A DNA stretch of 64,000 nt from Bacteroidia bacterium (GCA_965216465.1 CBDCFW010000005.1:544001-608000), one strand, 5' to 3'; numbered from the stretch's first letter, positions 49,701 to 60,418 are shown. Notes: a model not told the origin generated them from the letters alone. Program-made: numbers and translations.

Positions 49701-51907
49701 TCTTCATATTACTAAACTCTACTGAAAGTGCATTTGAAGATTACAATCTAGAGAATTTTGGCAGAAGTGCCTATCTGCGTACTGATTTAATGGGTGAAGT
49801 ACTAGCTTTTAGAGAATTTACAGATCATTCATTTAACTCTATTACACAAGCTTCATCTGGAATTCACATGAATGCAATGGCACCTATTTTGGACGACAAC
49901 AGCAATCAGACTGGATGGATTCTTGTTGGCGAAATCCAAGATGGATGCGATATATTTCCACTAACGACAATTATTGATCTCGACGGAATAATTACAGATT
50001 ACAAGACTATTCCACTGAACATTCCGTGCAATACTTGCACAACTTGTAATGGCGAACCAAGAACGAGGATGGCTGTTCGTTCTATCGATGTAAAGCCAAG
50101 ATACAATGTTCAATCTGGCAATATCGTAGACTATGTTGTCCTTTTCTCATCGCGTGATATTATTACTAGTAGTAATTCGCAACAAGGTCCTTATGGTTAC
50201 TTTGCTGTTGATCAAGGTTTAAATCTTAGCTCGGTTCTAGCTTTTGATCTAGCAGGCACTAACCCAACACCGTTGGATCTTGAAGTTGAAGCTAATCCCC
50301 TTTCTCCCCATGATTGGTTGGTTATAATAGGCGGCAAGCACCATGCAGGTTTCATTCATTCCATTGATTTTAATAGCACCCAAACACATGAGTTATTCAC
50401 TTTAAATGTTGATGTAGATGACATCCTGTTTGATGGAGATAATATAGTTGGCATAGGTAGTCAAAGAGCATTTGAGCTAAGTTTAGACGGAATAGTTCAA
50501 ACCGAATCCAATGCTTACACTTTTCCAGGATTTAACCCATTAGTTGCATTTACTTATGAAGGTCTAGGTGGAGGAGATATTCTAAACAAACATCCTGATG
50601 GAGGCTATGTTTTGACAAATCCAGATGGATTTGGACTTCTTAAGACAGACTATGATTTGTTGTGGACTTGCGAAGGGTTGGCAACCCCGATTATAACAAA
50701 CGATGTTCAATGGACTGAATCAGATCCTCAAACAGTTGTTGAATACGTTCAAGTTCCGATAGGCAGTACAAGCGGTACAATTGCCAAAAGCACCGATCAA
50801 ATGGAGGAACATTGTTGCGTTCAAAGCATTCCAATTATTCCAGAAGCAATCAATTGCGATGTATCGGTTGATTTCGAATACTTCAACGCATGCGGCAGCC
50901 AACAAATGCAAATTACAAACGTAATTTTCAGTGGAGGTTCTGGATTACCCACTTATACATGGGATGTAAATGGTACGGTAGTTAGTAATTTAGCAATGCC
51001 ACAACTAATTCTGGCTCCTGGAAATAATACTGTTTGCCTAACAATCACTTACCCGAATGGATGTTCAAAGCAAGTATGTAAGTCAATTTTTATTGGTACT
51101 GAATTTGAGTATATAACCTTCGAAAAATGTGCGTATGCAGATCCATTAGGGTTTTGGCCTTGTACCTATGAGTCTTGTTTTAACAAGTACACATTGAAAT
51201 TGCAAGGAAGTACTGAAACTCTGTACAATTATGACTCTGAAACTGGTTATTTTGATCCTGTAGATGGCTGGGTGCATGGATGTATTTGGCACGCCCTAAT
51301 AAATGGCACTTACGACATTAAATTCTTTGATGACAATGGATGCCTAATTAAGCATTTGGTAGTTCAGGTTGTAAGCCCTACTCCAACAGAAAATGAAGCA
51401 GAAATTATTTATAATAGTTGCGACTGCATTATGATAGACCAATTTACATTTAACTACCCATGTGCCATTGATCGATCGAAACCGATAACCTTTACTTTCG
51501 ATAACTCTGATTACGATCTAAATACAACTGCATTAATGCTTTGTAGCAATGATGAAGGTCCTTTTTCTGTTTCATACTTTGATACCGATGGCTGCGAGTG
51601 CATTTTAAATGGTGATATTGAATGCCCATTCCCTCCAAATGACCAAACCGCTAGTATTCATGAGTTTGCTAAGCTAGACGTAGTTGTTAAGCCAAACCCG
51701 TCAAAGGGAATTTTCCATATTAGTATTGATAATTCTGAACAATCTCAGTTTAGCTACTCAATTTTAGATCTTCACGGTAAACGCATTCAAACCGGAAACT
51801 TTAATAGCTCTACTTCAATTAATCTTAGAAACGAAGCCAGCGGCATATATCATCTTAAACTTAAAAATGAGGACTTGAATTTAACACTAAGACTAATTGT
51901 TGAATAA
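46766..51907 (+). CDS. Large T9SS type-A secreted putative zinc metalloprotease (HEVTH) with DUF11/Ig-like modules
   Basis: LHEVTHALG and GSSLSH; KTVDNPTPDEGD DUF11-like; Cys-rich linkers; KPNPSKG...ASGIY CTD. Confidence 0.75.
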   Translation: MKTLYLFLLSTLIFSFQSFAQCDNCTTNFTVTYADDGTGLGFDDPAPYNCAVGGGTTSVGAQRKFIVCEVLKYIESIIDLNGTSPHIHFSTSLASPNPEGAIAAVTEAYNPNYSTYSQIIQPMILEHITSRIDASTHCPTGVVCPDATIECDFGFPLINLELDPQNAQAGSIDFFEVVLHEVTHALGVYSLIQSDGTSNLSGNLNGPYTSFDAHMRSKTGNLVIKPDASYNTTHQLMLENTVFYDPDLDLNYDLYDPANWIPGSSLSHFVSGVNNFDFFLYSATSGGTAARTWTPFEIRVLCLLGYDIKGNAQTAPFGCTLFPVGKVDNFSHNNTLRENTFDVLYNDLKVGNNPLIISLLHPPQVSAGEGDVYVENNQLVYVSPNDYCGPVEITYSPQDKLTGRIGTATTCNFIVDCDYCPDDPCNLICNGGFESGISLFDFDQASNRLDLQNRDESFKLYGQATHVTGWWGHTGQGTPDLFIRGSQKQHPTNSPLLVQGIPESYLGQVETHNGTPNDRFMHSIYSGNSELFYTKLTRPLVAGNHNLSFWVYLVDSKTYSGGTTEEQAFNIEFFIDDEPDNFNSASLLSSVEVLAGSGSNHVSGRWIQYNAVVNVPQSLVGQDFLFVRAKEVDPADITVSGWSGGNLFFDDLRLELSGPLLAIDKTVDNPTPDEGDLVKFTFEITNTGNQTANIWIEDYVPLGLTITSNHNYSSYNSSSRTFSEGPISVQANQTISRDFEAQVDNGTSCQRLTSVATIANSAPLQGCYQTRSSQDIVVTEQLCPCQVDEFPGQYSYVCEDDPTVVLEMDGSSYGSGITYTLTDPQTTTTSNSTGTFIITSHEEGIYSIEIKDANGCVLASQKFTIIYLITDDQNVTCDDCLVEGSSSIIFQKRYENDLTSPNPPALNREMFTVGSQIHEDIIYSLSGSTASTENSTFFMVHLTDLLGNFITSYRYDFTSNECEFHAIRPKTIEVNDEGIFILLNSTESAFEDYNLENFGRSAYLRTDLMGEVLAFREFTDHSFNSITQASSGIHMNAMAPILDDNSNQTGWILVGEIQDGCDIFPLTTIIDLDGIITDYKTIPLNIPCNTCTTCNGEPRTRMAVRSIDVKPRYNVQSGNIVDYVVLFSSRDIITSSNSQQGPYGYFAVDQGLNLSSVLAFDLAGTNPTPLDLEVEANPLSPHDWLVIIGGKHHAGFIHSIDFNSTQTHELFTLNVDVDDILFDGDNIVGIGSQRAFELSLDGIVQTESNAYTFPGFNPLVAFTYEGLGGGDILNKHPDGGYVLTNPDGFGLLKTDYDLLWTCEGLATPIITNDVQWTESDPQTVVEYVQVPIGSTSGTIAKSTDQMEEHCCVQSIPIIPEAINCDVSVDFEYFNACGSQQMQITNVIFSGGSGLPTYTWDVNGTVVSNLAMPQLILAPGNNTVCLTITYPNGCSKQVCKSIFIGTEFEYITFEKCAYADPLGFWPCTYESCFNKYTLKLQGSTETLYNYDSETGYFDPVDGWVHGCIWHALINGTYDIKFFDDNGCLIKHLVVQVVSPTPTENEAEIIYNSCDCIMIDQFTFNYPCAIDRSKPITFTFDNSDYDLNTTALMLCSNDEGPFSVSYFDTDGCECILNGDIECPFPPNDQTASIHEFAKLDVVVKPNPSKGIFHISIDNSEQSQFSYSILDLHGKRIQTGNFNSSTSINLRNEASGIYHLKLKNEDLNLTLRLIVE

Positions 51908-51947
51908 CTGTCCAGCTTAACTCAATAAATAACTTTAATATAATATT

Positions 51948-54900
51948 ATGAAAAACAACTCTAACACTAGAATTTGGCTATTGCTATTACCATTCTTCTT
52001 TGGTCTTACTTCCATTTCCAAAGCCTCCAACAATTCCATTAATCCTCCTTTCACAAACTATTTAGATGACAATGGATTTATAGATCTAACGGGTCTTCAA
52101 TATAACGCAGATAGCATCTTTGAGCACTTAGAAGATTCTCTTGGCCTATCCAATGACTGCAATTTTGTAAAGTATAGAGACAACGACCTCAGTGATTCTA
52201 AATATGTCTTGTGGTATCTTGAGCAAGAACATAAAGGCATACCTATTGTTGGTGCCAGAATGATTATGAAAAGTGAGAAAAGTACAGGTTACGTTCTGTG
52301 GATTTATGGCGACTATCATTCAGGACTCAACTTAAATACTAATTCACCTTTTACCGACTCTGCCTACGTTGATTCTGCTCTGGCACATCTTGGTGATTCA
52401 GTTTATGCTTGGGAAGATTCGACTATGCAAGCCCTATTAATAGCGGCAACTGGAGATATAAATAGCACCTATTACCCAGCAGTAGAAAGCAAGTTCGATC
52501 TGGATAACAATATGCAATTAACATTCACAAAGAAGTTATATATCAAAAGTGCCTATCCAAGAAGATCTACTATTGTTACAATAGATGCTCAAACGGCTTC
52601 TATCGTCAGAACTTCCAGCGGCCAGGACGGGTGTAACGGCGATTCAAAACCAGCATCAGGTTTAACTCAGTCCAATGGAACACAGTCCTTTCTTGCAACA
52701 GAGTGTGACAATGGAGATTGGCACCTAATTGATCAATCTAGAAACATTACAACAACAAGAAGTGATGGGACTCACATAGATGACGATAATGGTTCCTGGG
52801 ACAACAATGCACAGAATAAGCTTGGGGTAAGCGCCCATTGGTGTTCCTCAAAAGCGCATGACTACTTTGCAACCAAACACTACTTTGCAAGAGGAGGAGA
52901 CTTACAAGTTCAAGTACCTAATACAAGTGGTGGAGATGCATATAGAGCTGCGTTCTACGAATATGGAGATTATATTGCTAGTGGCCAGGATATCATTTAT
53001 TATGGTTATTCTCAATACTCAAATGTATCGATAGCACTAACTGACCTTGCCGGCCACGAATATACACATTTGGTAATTGCCCACACAAGCGACTTAGGAG
53101 CAGACCGCCTTCCAGAAGGAAGAATGTTAAGTGAAGGTCTTTGTGATATTTTTGGCGTAATTATAAGGTCTTATGCAGAAAACCAATCGGTAAACTGGAA
53201 ATTTGCTCCTGCAGTTTCACTTGGAGTAAGAGATTTAAAAGATGGCGGACAAACTGGCTATTACGAAGGAAATACTTATAAGAAAATTGACATACCGACA
53301 TTATACCAAGATCAACTTTGGATTTCGAATGAGAACAACACTGCTTATCCTTCTAATACCGAGCCTTATTGGAAATCAGGTGTTTTAAGAAAGTGGTTTC
53401 AGTTACTATATGATGGTGGCATTCAAAATGGAATTAAAGTTGAATCTGTGGATGAAACAAAACTGATGAAACTCATGTACCACTTTCTAAAGTCACTCAC
53501 CAATAGTTCAGACTACCACGATGCCAGGGCAATCTCGGTAAGGACCGCAAGTGATCTATTTGGACCTTGTTCTTATGAGTTAAGACAAGTAAATAACTCA
53601 TGGGACGCTGTTAATGTTGCTATAAATTCTAACCAACAAGGATTGCCCAAATATTCTCCTGGATATGAAGACTATTCTTTTGTATTCAGTACAGGGCCAA
53701 CACATCTTATTACACAAGATCATAAAATCAATAGTCAAATAGTGGTCCCAAATGGGAGTACTCTGACTATTGACAACTGTACTGTATCTTTTGGCGATAG
53801 ATTGACAACAAACAACGACTTTAACATAGTAGTTGAACCAGGAGGTAGGCTAGTAATTAAAAATAGCACGCTGACTGCAATGCCAAATGAAGATGGACAA
53901 TGCAACCTTTGGGGAGGAATTCTAGTAAAAGGACTAGGGTCTGGAACAGACCAAGGGCATATTCTTACTTCAACTCAAGGTGTCATTGAAATTGAACATA
54001 GCATTATTGAATTTGCAAGACAAGGAGTGCAAGTAGGAAATACCGTTTCTAATGGAGGAGGAATTGCAGTAATTACAGGTTCACATTTCAACAACTGCAA
54101 AAGAGGAGTTCAATTCTTTGTTTATGAAGCTGGAACTTACCCAACTTCTAATTGGGGAAGGATTACATCAACCAACTTCTTAAATGACCAACCTATCAGT
54201 GGACATAGTCAACAAAACCTATATCACCACATTAGTCTTTTTGGTGTGCAAGGAATAAGAATTCACGGTAATAATTTTACAAACAACATATTGGATTACA
54301 CACTTCATACATACGACGCGAATAGAGGAATAGGCATTACTTCTTGGGATGCGTCATTTAATGTTGATAGAATAACCTTGCCTTCAGATTATGGAACCAA
54401 CTGTGCCTACCCATCTGGACCTAAAAATGTTTTTAAAGGTTTGTCAGTAGGAATTAATATTGATGGAACTGTTCTTCCAAGTGCGGAGAGAACTGTACAT
54501 GTCAGAAACTGTGAATTTATTGACAACTATATTCACATAGCTAATCATGGACAAGCCAATGCCACTGTTTGGAATAATAATTTTGACTGGACAAATGATA
54601 TGAACTTAGTCTACGCCCCCGGTGTAAGACTTCATGGAATTAGATCTTGGGATGCAGTTAAATTCACGTATGCCGACAACGAAATTAACTGCAGCAACGA
54701 CCAATTCTTTTATAAAGGGATGGTAATAAGAAACTCAGGTCATGCCGACCCTTCATTTGTAGGATCCAACCAATTTGAATTAAACCCATCAATCAAAAAC
54801 TCAGGTAGCATTCAAAACGAGTTCGATTACTTAGCTACAGACGTCTATGGAAGCAATAGCTCTCTTTATTTAAATTGTAATGAATACGATAATTTTATAG

Positions 54901-55811
54901 TAGACTGGCGAGTAAATTCAGATGATCTTCCAAACCAAGAAGGACAATTAGGTGGAATGTATGGTGCCGGAAATGATTTCAGCTCCCCCTGTAATACAAT
55001 TGGACTAATTGGACACAATAAATATCAAGTGGCAAACATTGGAAGTAATCCTTTAGACTACTACTACTCTACTTCTGCTCCTGCTTGCACATTGGGAGTC
55101 GTGACTACTACTCTCGGAACAAATGGTCTATTCCCAAATTGTCTAAACTCATCGTATATCGATCCAGATTCATACTACTGCGGAAGTAATAATTCAGGAG
55201 AACGAACTCGAGGACAAAAAGAAGATTTAAATTTCTTTGAAAATCTAAAGAATCTATCTGCTTTCGAGCAAGAATTCTATTCAATAGAGTTAAGTAACTT
55301 TTCCTCAAGCATAAAAAATGAAGCATCACTCAGCGAATGCGATAAACAGTTATTTAAACTTCTGAATAAAAATTTTAAACTTGGCAGATCCTATGCCAAT
55401 ATTCAAGACTCGATCGCATTAGAAATCTATAAATTGGCTAATAACGAGCAATGCGGAACAAACAACACTGCTTCGAGATTTTACAGACATTTTATTGGAT
55501 ATATAAATACAAATGAACACAACTACAGGATTGATCAAAGCTTTGCATCAAATAGTAGTGATTCGGAATTAAAGCAATCGGATATAATTCTTTATCCAAA
55601 CCCTTCTAGAAATATTGCAATTATTGAATCCAACAACAATTTAAGTCAAATAACAGTTTATAATTCTGTTGGAATTGAAGTTAAAAATATTGTGTTAGAT
55701 CCTAAGCAAAAAGTAGCTATCTCTACCACCGAATTGGCTCCAGGCATTTACATTCTGAAGATTCAGCTCGAGAATGGAAGCAGAAAAACAATTTCCGTAA
55801 TTAAACAGTGA
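51948..55811 (+). CDS. T9SS-secreted M4 (thermolysin-like) peptidase with beta-helix region
   Basis: FTP-like propeptide (QEHKGIPIVGA); GHEYTH; LSEGLCDIFG; SWDAVNV; LYPNPS...LAPGIY CTD. Confidence 0.82.
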   Translation: MKNNSNTRIWLLLLPFFFGLTSISKASNNSINPPFTNYLDDNGFIDLTGLQYNADSIFEHLEDSLGLSNDCNFVKYRDNDLSDSKYVLWYLEQEHKGIPIVGARMIMKSEKSTGYVLWIYGDYHSGLNLNTNSPFTDSAYVDSALAHLGDSVYAWEDSTMQALLIAATGDINSTYYPAVESKFDLDNNMQLTFTKKLYIKSAYPRRSTIVTIDAQTASIVRTSSGQDGCNGDSKPASGLTQSNGTQSFLATECDNGDWHLIDQSRNITTTRSDGTHIDDDNGSWDNNAQNKLGVSAHWCSSKAHDYFATKHYFARGGDLQVQVPNTSGGDAYRAAFYEYGDYIASGQDIIYYGYSQYSNVSIALTDLAGHEYTHLVIAHTSDLGADRLPEGRMLSEGLCDIFGVIIRSYAENQSVNWKFAPAVSLGVRDLKDGGQTGYYEGNTYKKIDIPTLYQDQLWISNENNTAYPSNTEPYWKSGVLRKWFQLLYDGGIQNGIKVESVDETKLMKLMYHFLKSLTNSSDYHDARAISVRTASDLFGPCSYELRQVNNSWDAVNVAINSNQQGLPKYSPGYEDYSFVFSTGPTHLITQDHKINSQIVVPNGSTLTIDNCTVSFGDRLTTNNDFNIVVEPGGRLVIKNSTLTAMPNEDGQCNLWGGILVKGLGSGTDQGHILTSTQGVIEIEHSIIEFARQGVQVGNTVSNGGGIAVITGSHFNNCKRGVQFFVYEAGTYPTSNWGRITSTNFLNDQPISGHSQQNLYHHISLFGVQGIRIHGNNFTNNILDYTLHTYDANRGIGITSWDASFNVDRITLPSDYGTNCAYPSGPKNVFKGLSVGINIDGTVLPSAERTVHVRNCEFIDNYIHIANHGQANATVWNNNFDWTNDMNLVYAPGVRLHGIRSWDAVKFTYADNEINCSNDQFFYKGMVIRNSGHADPSFVGSNQFELNPSIKNSGSIQNEFDYLATDVYGSNSSLYLNCNEYDNFIVDWRVNSDDLPNQEGQLGGMYGAGNDFSSPCNTIGLIGHNKYQVANIGSNPLDYYYSTSAPACTLGVVTTTLGTNGLFPNCLNSSYIDPDSYYCGSNNSGERTRGQKEDLNFFENLKNLSAFEQEFYSIELSNFSSSIKNEASLSECDKQLFKLLNKNFKLGRSYANIQDSIALEIYKLANNEQCGTNNTASRFYRHFIGYINTNEHNYRIDQSFASNSSDSELKQSDIILYPNPSRNIAIIESNNNLSQITVYNSVGIEVKNIVLDPKQKVAISTTELAPGIYILKIQLENGSRKTISVIKQ

Positions 55812-55817
55812 TACATT

Positions 55818-55872
55818 TTGATTTAGGAGTCTGCAATTTTCTTTCAAGTTTGACTGTAGACTCCTAAATCAA
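55818..55872 (+). terminator. Long hairpin after the M4 gene
   Basis: TTGATTTAGGAGTCTGCA / TGTAGACTCCTAAATCAA, an 18-bp stem with one G-U pair. Confidence 0.65.
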
Positions 55873-56053
55873 TTTGAATGCAACGGAAATTTCAAAGTAT
55901 CAAGTTTAAAGGAGAATAAACAAGCATAATTAAGTCAAATCATTCTTTCCTGAGTTATTTAATCTCATATCAAAGAATTTAGATATTCCATAGAATTCCA
56001 GTCTCTCGCACAGATTGCCTAACTAGTATTGTAGCCGATTTAGCCAAAGAAGA

Positions 56054-56743
56054 ATGGACAAAAATCAGACAGAAGTTTATACAGCAAACGTATTAGGTGG
56101 TACAGGCTTGGTAGGCAGCCATCTAATTCAGGAGTTAATTAGAGACGATCAGTGTAAAAAGATTCACTTAATATCTCGTAGGTCAAATGAGATAAATCAT
56201 CCAAAGATCTCAGAACATCTGATTGACTTCACTAAGGAGCAAGACTATCTGAAGCACATCGCTGGGGATGTACTTTTCTCTTGCCTAGGAACTACAATAA
56301 GTCAAGCTGGATCTAAAGAAAACCAATATAGAGTTGATCATGACTACCAATTGTATGCAGCAAAAGCAGCAAAACAGAATGGTGTTAAGGCTTACATATT
56401 GATATCAAGTCCATTTGCCAAAATCAACTCTGATAACCACTATCGAAAAATGAAGGCAGAGCTAGAAGAAGCTGTTAAGAAGTTAGGATTCGATCGCACT
56501 GGAATTTTGCAACCTAATGGCTTGGCAGGAACCAGATTAGGGAGACGAAAATGGGAAAGCATCGCCACCGCATTCTTTACTCCAATTTTTAGTTTTATCC
56601 CAGGACTCAGAGAATATTCACCTATACATGCAAAGAAAGTAGCGGAAGCGGCGTTGAAGCTTTTTATTAGAATTGGTGAACACGCTCCACCTGTTATTCA
56701 ATTGTTAAAGCGTCGGGAGATCAATAGATTTCTGAAAGAGTAA
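56054..56743 (+). CDS. NAD(P)-binding atypical SDR (TIP30/YraR-like)
   Basis: GGTGLVG, CLGTT and VDHDY motifs. Confidence 0.85.
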   Translation: MDKNQTEVYTANVLGGTGLVGSHLIQELIRDDQCKKIHLISRRSNEINHPKISEHLIDFTKEQDYLKHIAGDVLFSCLGTTISQAGSKENQYRVDHDYQLYAAKAAKQNGVKAYILISSPFAKINSDNHYRKMKAELEEAVKKLGFDRTGILQPNGLAGTRLGRRKWESIATAFFTPIFSFIPGLREYSPIHAKKVAEAALKLFIRIGEHAPPVIQLLKRREINRFLKE

Positions 56744-56836
56744 CTAAGCCTATCTAATTGTTAAACTAGTTCTTTTGTGATGTAGTTTTCCCGTTTAATT
56801 TTAAAAATTGTTTATTTGATTTGTAAAAAGAAACCC

Positions 56837-57160
56837 ATGAAACGATTCTATCTCATCTTAAGCATTCTAGGATTTATTGCACCAACCATTCTGGTCTTAG
56901 TGGAATCGGTAGAAACAGGTAACATCATGCTTTATGGTCAACCCATGGTTACAATTGAGGCAATGTTTGCAAACCGAATATCTACAATCTTCATGATCGA
57001 TCTTCTTTTTGCAGTGCTTGTATTTTTTACATGGACCTACTTCGACAGTAAAAAACTGGGAATATCCTATGTTTGGCTCGTTTGGATTCTGACCATGTTA
57101 TTGGGACTAGCTGGAGGATTTCCGTTCTATCTCTACCTAAGAGCGAAGAATTCAGAATAA
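56837..57160 (+). CDS. DUF2834-like membrane protein
   Basis: Small multi-TM protein with IDLL and GLAGGFPFYLYLR; ATG start chosen over the track's TTG 56816. Confidence 0.65.
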   Translation: MKRFYLILSILGFIAPTILVLVESVETGNIMLYGQPMVTIEAMFANRISTIFMIDLLFAVLVFFTWTYFDSKKLGISYVWLVWILTMLLGLAGGFPFYLYLRAKNSE

Positions 57161-57229
57161 ATAATTTGGAATGGTCATAGACCACAAAGTCTTATATGTT
57201 TATAGATGAAGCCACCAGTACAATATGAC

Positions 57230-57886
57230 TCAATACACTATTTCTAGTTTTTTAAAAGGTTCAAAACCTGTAATACCTTCAGCCTCTAACCTTTTCTTGA
57301 GCTTATCGGATACGATTGGGCATCTAATTATTCTAAATAACTCGAAGAAATCTTGGCCGTCATATTGTTCGTTAAATCTCATGGAGTCAAATAAAATACG
57401 CTTGTCTTCTTCAAAAGAAGATTCGACCATCTCGGTGAGATGTTCAGGACTTCTTATGACAACGTCATCGCGTTCGTCGCCTATTTCTTCTCGCTTATAA
57501 AACTTGGTGTTTGCATAATCAAACCAATTGTAATTTTCTCTTAGCACATACTGAAACCAGAAATACCTATCCTTTTCGACTTCGTCACTCCCCCGTTTTA
57601 AATATTCAAGTTCAAAGAATTTGTGTTCAGGAAGTTTATGTTCTTGAAGGATATCCTTCAGTTTTTTGGACACCACAAAACCCTCTCCACCTGTAGACCC
57701 CCCTTCTGTAACCGCATCGACTTCTGAAGACCCCCATTTTAGCCTGACCGTATTAAATATTGGCTCGTAATCGGTTATCTCAAATCTTGAGAGATCTTCG
57801 ACATTATCAACTAAATCATAAACAGGATTTTCAAGCTCTGCTTTATTGCCTTTGGTCTCTAGGTCTAATCTAAGTTCGTAAAACAT
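57230..57886 (-). CDS. Imm11/DUF1629-like putative immunity protein
   Basis: Acidic; duplicated VVSKKLKDIL / IVSDKLKKRLEAEGITGF motif. Confidence 0.55.
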   Translation of the reverse strand: MFYELRLDLETKGNKAELENPVYDLVDNVEDLSRFEITDYEPIFNTVRLKWGSSEVDAVTEGGSTGGEGFVVSKKLKDILQEHKLPEHKFFELEYLKRGSDEVEKDRYFWFQYVLRENYNWFDYANTKFYKREEIGDERDDVVIRSPEHLTEMVESSFEEDKRILFDSMRFNEQYDGQDFFELFRIIRCPIVSDKLKKRLEAEGITGFEPFKKLEIVY

Positions 57887-57985
57887 GGTACTGTATTATT
57901 CAAAAAAAGCTTTGCCGGTTAAATGCACAAATCTCGCTCTAGTCTATATCATTCTGGTTTTCGTGTGCCTCCAGTAAAACGTAAG

Positions 57986-58429
57986 CTATATGTCATTCAC
58001 TGCACGCATCACATCAGTTTGAGTCAGGAGACCAATTAACTTCCCATCCTTTACCACAGGAAAACGTCTATATCTTCTTTCTAGAAAGTAATATGCTGCT
58101 TCCAGTATTCCCATGTTCGAATTGATGGTGATAACATCTTTGGTCATGTGATCTTTTACCTTTCCTAAAAGCTTAATATCGTTCTCATATCTACCCTTTA
58201 CAAGCTCTTTAAGACAGTCTCCTTCAGACAACACACCTAACAACTCATTGTTTTCTCCTAACACAGGAGCTCCAGAAATCTTATACTTCAATAAGGTTTG
58301 CATAGCCTCATATATGGATTGCTGTGGTTTAAATGAAATTAACTTTGTTGCCATATAATCGGAAACCAATTTCATTGGTTCTAACTTCTTTTCTTCTTTA
58401 AGCTCAACGCCTTTGTAACTCTTTACCAT
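57986..58429 (-). CDS. CBS-domain pair protein
   Basis: ISGAPV...LLGVLSEGD and RRFPVV...LIGLLTQTD. Confidence 0.9.
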   Translation of the reverse strand: MVKSYKGVELKEEKKLEPMKLVSDYMATKLISFKPQQSIYEAMQTLLKYKISGAPVLGENNELLGVLSEGDCLKELVKGRYENDIKLLGKVKDHMTKDVITINSNMGILEAAYYFLERRYRRFPVVKDGKLIGLLTQTDVMRAVNDI

Positions 58430-58588
58430 ACACTATTGTAATAAAAATTGAGGAATGCAGACAAGAAATGTTCTACTATCGTTTTTGCAATTTACAATAT
58501 TCTTAGGAGAACAACTACTTTAAAACAGTTATGATCGATATTAGAAGCCCATCAGTTATGAACTTAAAGGTTAGCTTTGTAACCACAC

Positions 58589-59839
58589 ATGACATTTGAA
58601 CAACTTGGCCTTGACCCAAGCATTCTGCGAGCATTAGACAAGCAAGGTTATAGTCAACCCACTCCAATTCAACAACGAGCAATCCCAATCCTCCTTAGAC
58701 GAAGAGATTTATTGGGCTGTGCGCAAACCGGCACAGGTAAAACAGCAGCATTTGCAGTACCAATCATTCAGCTTCTTAGGCTTGATAAAACAAACAAAGG
58801 CAAAAGGAAGATTCGAGCCCTGGTTGTTACGCCTACACGAGAGCTGGCTATTCAGATAGCCGATAGCTTCTCAGCATATGCGCAATTCACACAGCTGAGA
58901 ACCGCAGTAATATTTGGGGGTGTAAAACAAGGTAACCAAGTCAAAGAACTTCAAAGAGGAGTCGATATATTGGTTGCAACACCTGGAAGATTGTTAGATC
59001 TGATGGATCAGGGCTTCATTCACCTCAGAGACATTAACTATTTTGTGCTTGACGAAGCAGACCAAATGTTGGATATGGGCTTCATTCACGACATTAAGAA
59101 GCTCTTAACTCAGCTTCCAAAAGACCGACAATCGCTATTTTTTTCTGCTACGATGCCCACAGCAATTATAAATCTCTCCAAGAAGATTCTTGGCAAGTAC
59201 GAGAAAGTGACCATTGCACCAGAGCAATCCACTGCAGAAAGAGTGAGCCAAGCGGTTTATCATGTAAGTAAACCTAACAAAATAAAACTCCTTATTCATC
59301 TGTTGGAAGAAGAATATTACTTCACAACATTGGTCTTTTCGAGAACAAAATATGGTGCCGACAAGATTGTAGGCAAGCTAAAGCGGGCAGGTATTCATGC
59401 CGAAGCCATACACGGCAATAAATCCCAAAATGCTAGGCAGAGAACACTAAAAGCATTTAAAGAAGGTAAGACTCCTGTTTTGGTAGCAACCGATATTGCA
59501 GCAAGGGGTATTGATGTAGACGATCTGTCTCTTGTTGTCAATTTTAACCTTCCTAATGTAGCTGAAACTTATGTGCATCGCATCGGAAGAACTGGACGTG
59601 CAGAGGCAAGTGGAAAATCCATTTCTTTCTGTGATGTGGATGAAAGAACTGATCTCCTATCTATCCAGCGACTGATTAAGAAAGAAATCCCAGTGATAAA
59701 AGGACACCCCTATGAAATAGATGAACAAGACAAGTCTAAAATTCAGCACAAACCAACGAAAGACAAACGGCCATCAGGTTCCAAGAATCATAAAAAGAAT
59801 AGAAGACCCAGAAACAAAAAAAGAAATAGGAGACGTTAG
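58589..59839 (+). CDS. DEAD-box RNA helicase (RhlE-like)
   Basis: Q motif, [29 protein letters not shown]; basic tail. Confidence 0.95.
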   Translation: MTFEQLGLDPSILRALDKQGYSQPTPIQQRAIPILLRRRDLLGCAQTGTGKTAAFAVPIIQLLRLDKTNKGKRKIRALVVTPTRELAIQIADSFSAYAQFTQLRTAVIFGGVKQGNQVKELQRGVDILVATPGRLLDLMDQGFIHLRDINYFVLDEADQMLDMGFIHDIKKLLTQLPKDRQSLFFSATMPTAIINLSKKILGKYEKVTIAPEQSTAERVSQAVYHVSKPNKIKLLIHLLEEEYYFTTLVFSRTKYGADKIVGKLKRAGIHAEAIHGNKSQNARQRTLKAFKEGKTPVLVATDIAARGIDVDDLSLVVNFNLPNVAETYVHRIGRTGRAEASGKSISFCDVDERTDLLSIQRLIKKEIPVIKGHPYEIDEQDKSKIQHKPTKDKRPSGSKNHKKNRRPRNKKRNRRR

Positions 59840-59976
59840 TATGTCTCTATACCACGATACTACTTAAACAAGCTTGACCACACTGTTCTAGCAGAGTCGA
59901 TATTCGGCTAGAAATTCTTCAATTTAGAATAAGCTAATAAGCGTGTAGGCGACACATCACCTATTTTATTACATCA

Positions 59977-60264
59977 TCAAACTGGCTTGCAATTGCAGCG
60001 CTGAAATCGACCTTTATCGACATAAACATGGCAAGATTTTACATGTTTACCTTCTTTATACAACCGAACAGTCAAATGACTTTTATGATCACTTTGCGTT
60101 TTATGCGTAGCTGCAACGATCACAGCTCCACTCCTATCTCCAGGCATCTCAATAAAGGTCTGTACCTCTTTGCACTTGCCTACTATGTTCCTAGCAACTC
60201 TTTTTGAAATTCCTTCTCCTTCTGGAACTCTATTCCAGTTTCCACTAAAGTCAATGTATCCCAT
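59977..60264 (-). CDS. Small His/Cys-rich hypothetical protein
   Basis: ATG 5 nt downstream of a TATCTTTG promoter element; H-x4-D-H-x2-H-L-T...HVY pattern. Confidence 0.6.
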   Translation of the reverse strand: MGYIDFSGNWNRVPEGEGISKRVARNIVGKCKEVQTFIEMPGDRSGAVIVAATHKTQSDHKSHLTVRLYKEGKHVKSCHVYVDKGRFQRCNCKPV

Positions 60265-60418
60265 GAAGCCAAAGATAACAAAATTTCATGAATTGCAGGA
60301 GGCCAGTCAATTTGCATCAAATCGACTTCCAGTTAATTTTTAACCTGGAACAAAAAGAAATATACACCGAAAAACCAAAGTATTACTAATTTGCAGTTCT
60401 TGATGTAAGAGAAACAAA

